NCBI GenBank assembly: GCA_902634185.1
Contig: CACPJC010000001.1
Coordinates: 179,857-243,856, forward strand
DNA length: 64,000 nucleotides
Direction of reading: 5' to 3'
From: an uncultured Candidatus Actinomarina sp.
GTDB lineage: Bacteria > Actinomycetota > Acidimicrobiia > Actinomarinales > Actinomarinaceae
In this document: one piece after another, positions 1 through 7,738 of the stretch
How positions within the stretch are numbered: the first letter of the stretch is position 1
How the letters are laid out: the number at the start of each line of letters is the position of its first letter
Translations under genes and position numbers: made by a program
Notes under the pieces: model-generated
The model's input: only the letters and a program-made list of their open reading frames with translations
Databases searched by the model: none
What the model was told of the DNA's origin: nothing

Positions 1-46
1 TTTGACACTCATATATTAATATGGAATTTACAAACATCTACCAAAA

Positions 47-241
47 ATGAATAAACAAGAAATTTATCAAGAAATTCAAAAAATTCTACATGAAATTAAT
101 GATATTTCAAAGTCTTTATCTTCTTCAAGAGAGTTTATATCTGAAGATTCAAATAAAAGAGCTCAAGTAAGACTGGCAGAGATCGAGAGTGACTTGCAAA
201 CTATTGCTGGAAGAATAGCAAAAATTAGTTCAGTTCTTTGA
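47..241 (+). CDS. Small hypothetical helical/coiled-coil protein
   Basis: 64-aa ORF with heptad-like hydrophobic pattern; converges on and overlaps the fbpC 3' end. Confidence 0.6.
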   Translation: MNKQEIYQEIQKILHEINDISKSLSSSREFISEDSNKRAQVRLAEIESDLQTIAGRIAKISSVL

Positions 242-1255
242 AGGAAATGTAGTGACTTCAGTCACATCTATACAAACTTTATCACCTGGTTCAAAAATCA
301 TAGATGGCAAAGATCTTGCTCTAAATATCTCACCGTTTTTGTTTTCAAATGAAATTACTTGATCATGCCCATAAAAAATACATTCTTTAACGACATAATC
401 CCCATTGGAATCTAGGTTGACTTCAATACATTCAGGTCTTATCGAAACATCTAATTCTCCATCATAAGCAGAATTGAATGTTCCTAATGATGTTTTAACT
501 CTTCCGTTTGTTGATACTCCTTTTATGATATTTGGATCTCCAACAGAGTTTGCAACAGTTTGACTTATTGGATTGAGATATATTTCCTGCGGAGTAGCAC
601 TTTGGATCACTTTACCATTTTCAAGAACACTCACAATATCACAAACTGATAGTGCTTCTTCCTGATCATGAGTAACTATGATTCCAGTTGTTTTAGTGGC
701 TCTTAATAATGAAACAACTTCTTCTCTTAAGTCTCTTGCCATCTGTGCATCTAAACTTGTGAAAGGTTCGTCTAGCAAAACCACTTCTGGATTTGGAGCC
801 AATGCTCTTGCTAGCGCTACCCTTTGTTGTTGACCTCCTGATATATCCTGTGGAAATTTTTTTCTGTATGAACTTAAGTTTGTCATACTTATTACCTCAT
901 CGAGTCTTCCGTTTTTAATTTCTTCTTTACTTAAACCAAAAGCAATATTTTTTTCAACTGTTAAATGAGGGAATAGTGCATAATCTTGAAATACCATACC
1001 AATTTTTCTTTTTTCAGGTGGTACGTTAGTTTTCTCATCAAATATAACTTTGTTATGCATTTCGATTGTTCCTTGATCTGGGTTTTCAAAACCAGCTAGA
1101 AGTCTTAATGCTGTTGTTTTACCAGAACCAGAGACACCTAAAATTCCAAATATTGATCCGTACCAAATGTCAATATTGAAATCCGTTAAAACATCTTCAC
1201 TGCCATAAGATTTTGAAAGGGATCTTGCTCTTATAATTAAATTATCGAATACCAT
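230..1255 (-). CDS. fbpC: Fe(III) ABC transporter ATP-binding protein
   Basis: Walker A GVSGSGKT, signature ISGGQQQ, LLDEPF, VFQDYALFPH; start moved to ATG 1255 just after the fbpB stop. Confidence 0.9.
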   Translation of the reverse strand: MVFDNLIIRARSLSKSYGSEDVLTDFNIDIWYGSIFGILGVSGSGKTTALRLLAGFENPDQGTIEMHNKVIFDEKTNVPPEKRKIGMVFQDYALFPHLTVEKNIAFGLSKEEIKNGRLDEVISMTNLSSYRKKFPQDISGGQQQRVALARALAPNPEVVLLDEPFTSLDAQMARDLREEVVSLLRATKTTGIIVTHDQEEALSVCDIVSVLENGKVIQSATPQEIYLNPISQTVANSVGDPNIIKGVSTNGRVKTSLGTFNSAYDGELDVSIRPECIEVNLDSNGDYVVKECIFYGHDQVISFENKNGEIFRARSLPSMIFEPGDKVCIDVTEVTTFPSKN

Positions 1256-1257
1256 AT

Positions 1258-2814
1258 TTAAACTGTTAAATTCCTTGTACTTAATATATAAGTAGGGATT
1301 GCACTTATTGCCAACAATATAAAGGCAGAAAATGCAGCTTGTGTAAAGAGTGCTTCTGAAGCAAAAGACCATACATCAACAGCCATCGTACTAAATTCTG
1401 TTGGTCTTAATAAAAGTGTTTGTGGAAGTTCTTTCATAGTTGAAAGAAATACTAGTGCTCCACCAGCAAATAATCCTCTATAAATTAATGGAAATGTAAT
1501 CTTTTGAAAAGTTTCAATTTTAGACAAGCCCAGGCCAAGACTTGCCTCAATATATGACGATTTTACTTGTTCCATTGAGGCCTGGCCACCTCCTATCGCT
1601 TGTGGAATAAATACAATTAAATAGGAAACAACTAGTGCGAAAAAACTTTGATATATACTTGGAAATATTTTTACAGAAATAAACAGTATTGAAACTCCAA
1701 CAGCAATATGTGGCAACCCATAAAGTGATAACATTAATTTTTCAATAATGTCTCCAAATTTTGATTTATATTGAGAAATCAAAATCACAATTGGCATTGA
1801 AATAATGATGGCAAATATGGAAGTTACTATCCCCGCAGAAAATGAACCAAATATTCCGGGCAACGATGAGCTGACATCATTTCCGTAATAGATTCCACGT
1901 AATAACCAAAAACTTAATACAGATATTGGAATAATCAGTCCAAGCATGATCACAAAGCCAAGAAAGCCATATGTAAGCATTTTTCCACCACGCTCTAATT
2001 TTATTTTTTTTGGAACTTTTGGTGTTCCCGATACTTTCGCAGATCTAGAGGTTGCTGAACCTCTTTGAACAAAACTGATAATCAAGGCCAACACAATAAG
2101 AAGACTTGAGTAAAAAATAACAGGATCACCTAGAATACTAAATTCGTAATATGCATATATTGCTTTTGTTACAGTTGAATATCTCATCAAAGAAACAGCA
2201 CCAAAATCAGATATGACATAAAGGCCTACTAACAGACCTGAATATATTATCGGTTTCTTTAACCTCGGTATTACAACATTTGTATAGACTTTGAGCTGAC
2301 TCACTCCTAGTGATCTAGCAGCATCTTCAACTGTTGAGTCAAGATTTCTCAGTGCGCTACTACAAATTAGTTGAACATATGGATATGTGAATAAAGTTAG
2401 AACTAGCCAACTACCTAAAAATCCATCAATACCTGCGATTTCTTCTAATCCGAAACTATTAAAAAGTTGTACAAATAACCCTTTTGGAGAGAATGCAGAA
2501 ATATAAGTTAATGCTCCTATATATGATGGAATTACTAACGGTAGTGCACATAGGGTAAATAAAATTTTTGACCCTGCAAACTCGAACCTAATTGTCACAA
2601 TCGATATCAATAAACCAACAATAAGACTTGAAATTACAACTGCAATAAATACTGCAATTGTATTAAATAGTAATCCAAAAACATCCCATGATTGAAAGAA
2701 ACTTGACAGTGATCTTGAAAAATTAATAAATCGCCAAAGCATATAAATTACAGGCATTAGAAAAGTAATTAAAATAAACGAATTTATCGAAATTAGACTT
2801 TTTGGGATCTTCAC
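1258..2814 (-). CDS. fbpB: Fe(III) ABC transporter permease (two TM domains)
   Basis: Duplicated permease with EAA loops (EDAARSLG, EASLGLG) and KELPQTLLLRP motif; between SBP and ATPase. Confidence 0.9.
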   Translation of the reverse strand: MKIPKSLISINSFILITFLMPVIYMLWRFINFSRSLSSFFQSWDVFGLLFNTIAVFIAVVISSLIVGLLISIVTIRFEFAGSKILFTLCALPLVIPSYIGALTYISAFSPKGLFVQLFNSFGLEEIAGIDGFLGSWLVLTLFTYPYVQLICSSALRNLDSTVEDAARSLGVSQLKVYTNVVIPRLKKPIIYSGLLVGLYVISDFGAVSLMRYSTVTKAIYAYYEFSILGDPVIFYSSLLIVLALIISFVQRGSATSRSAKVSGTPKVPKKIKLERGGKMLTYGFLGFVIMLGLIIPISVLSFWLLRGIYYGNDVSSSLPGIFGSFSAGIVTSIFAIIISMPIVILISQYKSKFGDIIEKLMLSLYGLPHIAVGVSILFISVKIFPSIYQSFFALVVSYLIVFIPQAIGGGQASMEQVKSSYIEASLGLGLSKIETFQKITFPLIYRGLFAGGALVFLSTMKELPQTLLLRPTEFSTMAVDVWSFASEALFTQAAFSAFILLAISAIPTYILSTRNLTV

Positions 2815-2845
2815 AATACTAAGAATATCTTTGATTTTGACTTAT

Positions 2846-2886
2846 TAAAAGAAAAATTCTGGCCAAAGAAACTCTTGGCCAGAATT
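2846..2886 (-). terminator. Intrinsic terminator after fbpA
   Basis: Inverted repeat AATTCTGGCCAA (2855-2866)/TTGGCCAGAATT (2875-2886) followed by a U-rich tract on the minus strand. Confidence 0.75.
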
Positions 2887-2924
2887 CTATTCTGTTTCGA
2901 GCTTACTAGTTAATTAATGACGGA

Positions 2925-4025
2925 CTAGAAACCTGCTTGCGCAATCAACTCGACAGCTTTTTCCTGCCAAAGTGATAGCGCTGACCAGTTCAAATTTGAT
3001 GGAGAATTTAAACTGTCAATATCTGGGAGTAAAACGTTTGGTGTTACACCTGCAGCGAGAGGGAACTCATAAACAGAATTAGTAAAATGCTCTTGGGCAC
3101 TTGTTGAGTGTAAAAACTCAATAAATGCTAAAGCAGCAGGTTTGTTTTGACTTGTAGCCAAAATACCTGCACCCGCTGGCATAACCATAGCACCACAACC
3201 ACCATCTAAGTACACATTTTTAACAGGACTATCTCCGTTTTCAGCAACTACCCTCAATGTGTAATAGTGATTAATCATTCCAATGTCTAATTCACCAGCA
3301 TCTGCTGCAGCAACTTGTGGAGAGTTCTTTGGATATTCTGTATATCCAAGTCCATTAATAGCGGTTAGCCACTCTAGAACTTTTTCTTCACCATCAGATT
3401 CAATCATGCAAGCAATCATTGCAATGAATGATGAGTTTGTTGGTGCTAGTCCTAATCTATTTCTAAACTTTTCATCTGCAAGACCATAAATATCACTTGG
3501 CATCTCTGCATCACTTACATCTCTAGTATCAATTACTAATGATCTTGATCTTCCTGATGTACCAACCCAAAAACTATTTTTATCAATAGCCCAAGTTGGA
3601 ACATTGTCTAGTATGTCAGCTGGTAATTTATCAAATAGGCCTGCTTTTGCAACAACACCAAGGCTTACCGGATCTTGTGAAAAGAATACGTCAGCTGGGC
3701 TAATTGCTCCTTCAAGTTCTAATGTTCCGGCAAGGGCAGCACTCTTTGCATATCTAACTTCAACATCAACACCAAATTTAGATTCAAATTCTGCGATTAA
3801 ATCAGAAACTAAGCTTTCTTTTCTGCCACTGTATACCACAAGCGTTCCACCGACTTCTGCCTCTGGTTCTGCTAGAGCTGCTTCTACAGCAGAGTCAATA
3901 TTCTCTTGAGATACTTCGCCCGGTGGACCTGCTTCGCCCGGTGGGCCTTGTTCTCCATCTTGACCAGCACACCCTATAAATACCAATACAAGTAAAGAAA
4001 ATAATGCAACAGATTGTTTTTTCAT
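2925..4025 (-). CDS. fbpA: Fe(III)-binding lipoprotein (FbpA/FutA family)
   Basis: Lipobox FIGC, VYSGR, SPADVF, NHYY tandem Tyr iron ligands; operon context. Confidence 0.88.
   Translation of the reverse strand: MKKQSVALFSLLVLVFIGCAGQDGEQGPPGEAGPPGEVSQENIDSAVEAALAEPEAEVGGTLVVYSGRKESLVSDLIAEFESKFGVDVEVRYAKSAALAGTLELEGAISPADVFFSQDPVSLGVVAKAGLFDKLPADILDNVPTWAIDKNSFWVGTSGRSRSLVIDTRDVSDAEMPSDIYGLADEKFRNRLGLAPTNSSFIAMIACMIESDGEEKVLEWLTAINGLGYTEYPKNSPQVAAADAGELDIGMINHYYTLRVVAENGDSPVKNVYLDGGCGAMVMPAGAGILATSQNKPAALAFIEFLHSTSAQEHFTNSVYEFPLAAGVTPNVLLPDIDSLNSPSNLNWSALSLWQEKAVELIAQAGF
3912..3965 (-). repeat. Collagen-like (Gly-X-Y)6 repeat in the FbpA linker, including an 18-bp tandem duplication
   Basis: GQD GEQ GPP GEA GPP GEV; DNA cttcgcccggtgg occurs twice, 18 nt apart. 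Confidence 0.85.
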
Positions 4026-4047
4026 TTTTTACCCTTCTTAAATATGT

Positions 4048-4088
4048 TGTTAATAGTAGTTAACAAAATTCGTTAAGTAAAGTTAAAA
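4048..4088. promoter_or_regulatory. Tandem putative operators upstream of fbpA
   Basis: TGTTAA-tagtag-TTAACA (4048-4065) and CGTTAA-gtaaag-TTAAAA (4071-4088); same pattern as the palindrome at 4473-4490. Confidence 0.65.
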
Positions 4089-4195
4089 ATATAAACTGTA
4101 ATGATAAAAAAATTTTTAATATTTTTTTCTATAGATCAGATTTAAAAACTTTTAAGAATTTAACTTTAAAATATAAGGCGTAAGAAATTCAAGAC

Positions 4196-4300
4196 TTAAG
4201 CTTTTGTGAACTGCTTAATTAATGCACGAGGGAATATTTTTCCACCGTTACGCACAACCCACATAAAGGCAACTAATAAATATGCGAAAGGACATGCCAT
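4196..4300 (-). CDS. Unannotated 34-aa hydrophobic microprotein MACPFAYLLVAFMWVVRNGGKIFPRALIKQFTKA
   Basis: Manual translation; TAAAAT -10 exactly 6 nt before the ATG (leaderless pattern). Confidence 0.5.
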   Translation of the reverse strand: MACPFAYLLVAFMWVVRNGGKIFPRALIKQFTKA

Positions 4301-4334
4301 ATTATTATTTTACAGCAATGTTAAAATAAAAGAA

Positions 4335-4451
4335 ATGGATAATAACATAAAAGAAATTAACAATAATCCAAAAATTATAACAAAATTTGAACCTCTGCTT
4401 TGGATTGCATTTGTAGCATTAACTGCTGTAGTCGGTTGTCCAATTTTTTGA
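4335..4451 (+). CDS. 38-aa microprotein with C-terminal TM helix ending GCPIF
   Basis: Internal ATG of ORF 4206-4451; extended -10 TGtTAAAAT 7 nt before the ATG. Confidence 0.5.
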   Translation: MDNNIKEINNNPKIITKFEPLLWIAFVALTAVVGCPIF

Positions 4452-4468
4452 AATATTATTAAATAGCT

Positions 4469-4494
4469 AATATGTTAACACCTGTTAACATATT
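4469..4494. promoter_or_regulatory. Perfect palindromic operator overlapping the -10 of the DtxR-family gene
   Basis: AATATGTTAACA-CC-TGTTAACATATT (12-bp arms); TAACAT -10 at 4486-4491, 6 nt before the ATG. Confidence 0.75.
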
Positions 4495-4497
4495 TAT

Positions 4498-5208
4498 ATG
4501 AGTAAACCTCAGAACATACTATCTCATGAACGAGAAGGTCAAGAGTTAATTGAAAACTTCCCAGTTTCATTTTTTTCTCATGCTGAAGCAATCTATCATT
4601 TACAAGAAGTTGGTATAGATTTAAAAAAGACTAGGGTTGCTGACTGGCTGCAAACTAGTCGTGCAAATGTTTCTCAAGTCATTGGAAGAATGCAAAATAG
4701 TGGTTTGGTAGATTTTGGAGAAAATTTAAAGCTTACTGAAAGTGGAGATTGTCTTGCAAAGATTGTTATTAGACGACATCGAATTACTGAAAGATTCTTA
4801 TCAGAGGTTTTAAATCTTCCTTGGGCTGATGTTTATAAAGAAGCATCCAAATGGGAAAATGTGCTTAGTCCTCTTACTGAAAAAGCTATGCTAGAAATCT
4901 TGGGAAATCCAACTACAGGTCCCTTTGGGAATCCAATTCCTTACTCAAATTACAAAGAAAAAAAAATGTATCCAATCTTAGATGCTAAAGCAGATAACAA
5001 TTACTTTATTGAAAAGATTACAGAGGAATTAAAAAGAGATAATGAAACAATCTCTTTTTTACAAAACCACGATATGACACCAGGGAAAAAAATAAAGGTC
5101 GCAGACTCTGGAGATTATTCAATAACGATAAGTACTGACGACAAAAAATATTTTGGAATAGACAAATTTCTAGCAAAAAGAGTCTTTGTAAGCTCTACCA
5201 ATTTATGA
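4498..5208 (+). CDS. DtxR/IdeR-family transcriptional regulator with C-terminal FeoA/SH3-like domain
   Basis: wHTH (VSQVIGRM), RRHRITERFL, GNPTTGPFGNPIP tether; atypical metal ligands. Confidence 0.88.
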   Translation: MSKPQNILSHEREGQELIENFPVSFFSHAEAIYHLQEVGIDLKKTRVADWLQTSRANVSQVIGRMQNSGLVDFGENLKLTESGDCLAKIVIRRHRITERFLSEVLNLPWADVYKEASKWENVLSPLTEKAMLEILGNPTTGPFGNPIPYSNYKEKKMYPILDAKADNNYFIEKITEELKRDNETISFLQNHDMTPGKKIKVADSGDYSITISTDDKKYFGIDKFLAKRVFVSSTNL

Positions 5209-5236
5209 TTAATTTAAATATATTCAATAATTAAGT

Positions 5237-5716
5237 ATGGAAGATTTTTTACAACAATTACCAAGAAATCTATTTCTCTATATAGGTGCTGGTATATTTG
5301 CATTAATTTTTACTTATAGGTTCTTTCCAAAAGTATTCTTGAAAATTCACAAACCTTTCTTTTTTACTTTAGGAATTTTGTCTCTATCTCTAGGATATGT
5401 AGGGATTTTAATTCCTGGCCTTCCAACAACTGTATTTATTCTTATTGCAGCATGGGCATTTTCAAAATGTTCTGATAGATTTACTGCTTGGCTTGAAAAT
5501 CACAGACTTTTTGGACCAATGATATTAAATTGGAAGACTTATAGAGGACTGTCAAGAAGAGCTAAAAAACTTGCTATTTTGATGATAATTCCTACTTTTG
5601 TCTTAACCATATTTTTAGTATTTTCATTAGTTGGGGACTTAATATTTGGATCTTTTGGAATTGCTCTTTGTGTATGGTTGGCAACAAGACCTGAACCCCC
5701 ACTAGAACAAAATTAA
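5237..5716 (+). CDS. YbaN/DUF454 family inner-membrane protein
   Basis: GILIPGLPTTVFILIAAWAFSKCS...WLENHRLFGP signature. Confidence 0.85.
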   Translation: MEDFLQQLPRNLFLYIGAGIFALIFTYRFFPKVFLKIHKPFFFTLGILSLSLGYVGILIPGLPTTVFILIAAWAFSKCSDRFTAWLENHRLFGPMILNWKTYRGLSRRAKKLAILMIIPTFVLTIFLVFSLVGDLIFGSFGIALCVWLATRPEPPLEQN

Positions 5717-5717
5717 A

Positions 5718-6320
5718 CTAATTAGCTTCTGGAATTTGATAATCTATTGGTGAAACTTTATCTAGTTCAAAAACATCTCTTGCCTGTGCCTCATAGTTCA
5801 AACCAATAGAAATTTGATCACCTTCAGTTACTCTATTTCCATTTTCATCAAGACGAGCGTTAAACGTTGCTTTCTTTCCTGATTTACAAATAGTTTTTAG
5901 TTCGATTAACTCATCGGCCCACCCAAGAAGATAAATACTACCGGGAAATGGCTCTCCCCTAAAATCAGTTCTTAAACCATAACAAAGAACGGGTATTTTC
6001 AATTTATCAACAACAAGAGATAACTGTAATACTTGTTTAGGTGTTAAGAACTGGGCTTCATCAACTAAAATGCATGAAACTTTTTCTCTCTGATGTTCAT
6101 GTGCGGTCCAAACATATAAATCATCTTCACCCTCGAATCTCTCAACATCTCTTTCTAGACCAATTCTTGATGTAACTTTGCCTTCTCCAAATCGATCATC
6201 TAATTTAGGTGTAAAAATTAATGTTTTCATGTTTCTTTCTTCGTAGTTATGAGCTGATTGAAGAAGGTTTGTACTTTTTCCGGCATTCATTGCTGCGTAA
6301 TAAAAATAAAGTTTTGCCAT
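5718..6320 (-). CDS. tdk: Thymidine kinase
   Basis: [10 protein letters not shown]-loop, VDEAQF, YGLRTDF. Confidence 0.95.
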   Translation of the reverse strand: MAKLYFYYAAMNAGKSTNLLQSAHNYEERNMKTLIFTPKLDDRFGEGKVTSRIGLERDVERFEGEDDLYVWTAHEHQREKVSCILVDEAQFLTPKQVLQLSLVVDKLKIPVLCYGLRTDFRGEPFPGSIYLLGWADELIELKTICKSGKKATFNARLDENGNRVTEGDQISIGLNYEAQARDVFELDKVSPIDYQIPEAN

Positions 6321-6372
6321 ATTTTTATATTACCTTTTTATTTTTATCTTTATCCTTTTGTAAGATATAAAT

Positions 6373-6753
6373 ATGGAAAATATTTTAAAATTTTCTCACA
6401 TGCTTGGACTCTCAATATGGTTAGGGTCAATGGTAATGTGGGCAATGTTTGCACCAAAATTATACAAAATTGATCCAACAAAAAATACAACTAATACCTT
6501 AAGAAAAACTTTCAGCACTCTTTCTTGGAGCTCTTATTCTTTATCTTTATTGAGTGGTTTAGGAATTTTTCTAGTCATTGACAATAATATGTCAACATGG
6601 GGAACTGAACTATTAGTTCTTATTTTTGCAGGAATAGTAATAGGTCTACATAGCTTTGCTTCAAAGTTAAGTTCTGCATTAAGAGGTATGTTGAATGGAG
6701 TTATGTTATTAAGTGCTTTAGTAGTTGTTTACCTGGCAACAATTAATATCTAA
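6373..6753 (+). CDS. Small 4-TM membrane protein (DUF4149/CopD-like)
   Basis: Four hydrophobic segments, HMLGLSIWLG N-terminal motif; TAAGAT 6 nt before the ATG. Confidence 0.6.
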   Translation: MENILKFSHMLGLSIWLGSMVMWAMFAPKLYKIDPTKNTTNTLRKTFSTLSWSSYSLSLLSGLGIFLVIDNNMSTWGTELLVLIFAGIVIGLHSFASKLSSALRGMLNGVMLLSALVVVYLATINI

Positions 6754-7292
6754 TAAGATTGAATTAGTTCTAATTCTTTCTCAGTGATAATCCCTTCACC
6801 TTGGATCAAAATTTTGCTAGTTCCCTCTTCTATTAAAAACCAATAAATTGTTTCTTCATTTGGTATATCAAGATCTTCCTTAAATTCTTCTTTGTTTAAA
6901 TAAGCAGTTATCGTGCGATTTCTAATTCTATCGTCTCTAATACCAGCTCTCATTACACCATCTAAATATATTTCATTTAACTTATTTGTTTTTCTAATTG
7001 TTGGAACTTCAATAATATTGTGAGTTAAATCCATTTCATTATTTTCAAGAAGATTAATTGATTGATCAACTAAGCCTTGATGCCATTGTTGAAAGGCAAC
7101 AATGATTATTAGATCTTTATCCACAAAATCGTCTGGAACAACTTTTTTTTCTTTATTTAAATTGTTTCCTTCAATTGAAGGAAATTCATTAATTTCTCCA
7201 CTCATATACATATTCTCGCTTGGTTGACAGCTTATTGTAAGAAGAAATACTATTAAAAAAAGTAATTTAGGCCGGACCAAGAACTGCCTCAA
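6750..7292 (-). CDS. Putative lipoprotein, ATP10-like/thioredoxin-like fold
   Basis: Lipobox-like TISC; FPSIEGNNL...AFQQWHQ...GVMRAGI resembles bacterial ATP10-like proteins (from memory). Confidence 0.55.
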   Translation of the reverse strand: MRQFLVRPKLLFLIVFLLTISCQPSENMYMSGEINEFPSIEGNNLNKEKKVVPDDFVDKDLIIIVAFQQWHQGLVDQSINLLENNEMDLTHNIIEVPTIRKTNKLNEIYLDGVMRAGIRDDRIRNRTITAYLNKEEFKEDLDIPNEETIYWFLIEEGTSKILIQGEGIITEKELELIQSY

Positions 7293-7698
7293 GGTTTTTG
7301 ATTTGTGTATTCATTAATTTAGTCCATATAGGACCAAAAAATAATCCAACTATTATAAAAATCCCTTTATATTTAACGTTCACAGTATAAGTAAGCTCAG
7401 TACCTCTTGAGTTTGCAGATAAAAATATTGTATCAATTAGCGTAAAGTTTTTAGTATCTGCTTTTAATGAGGCTCTCAATGGTGCGCCCCATTCAATTAC
7501 CTCGTAATCGATAATCATTTCTCTATCATTAAAAGATGTTTTTGCTTTGAATATCGATCCTTCTCTAATTGGCTCATTTGTAATTAGCTCAGCAGTACTA
7601 GCTGTTTCCCATTGATCAAGATTTCTAAAATCAGCAACAAAATTGAAAGCAGACTCAATATCTCCTTTTACAGTAATTGTTCTTGAATAAATCGGCAT
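7267..7698 (-). CDS. SRPBCC/polyketide cyclase family protein
   Basis: AFNFVADFRNLDQW motif, 143 aa, C-terminal helix. Confidence 0.8.
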   Translation of the reverse strand: MPIYSRTITVKGDIESAFNFVADFRNLDQWETASTAELITNEPIREGSIFKAKTSFNDREMIIDYEVIEWGAPLRASLKADTKNFTLIDTIFLSANSRGTELTYTVNVKYKGIFIIVGLFFGPIWTKLMNTQIKNLEAVLGPA

Positions 7699-7738
7699 GT
7701 TTTTATTTTAAGCTATTGGAAGTTTAGTATGTAAAAAT

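Noticed and set aside
2-46. TTGACA at 2-7 as the -35 of the first ORF
   Set aside because: No convincing -10 at 16-18 nt spacing, and upstream context is cut off by the window edge
1256-1372. Long N-terminal extension of fbpC in the ORF track (similar cases at 28428-28490 and 58923-59168)
   Set aside because: Overlaps neighbouring genes or promoters; better downstream starts exist
4206-4334. N-terminal part of the 81-aa ORF 4206-4451
   Set aside because: Antisense to the 34-aa minus-strand ORF; the internal ATG at 4335 has a correctly spaced extended -10
4310-4470. Minus-strand hydrophobic open frame (...NFVIIFGLLLISFMLLSISFILTLL)
   Set aside because: No standard start codon ahead of the hydrophobic stretch; probably a by-product of the A-rich plus-strand ORF, though not fully excluded
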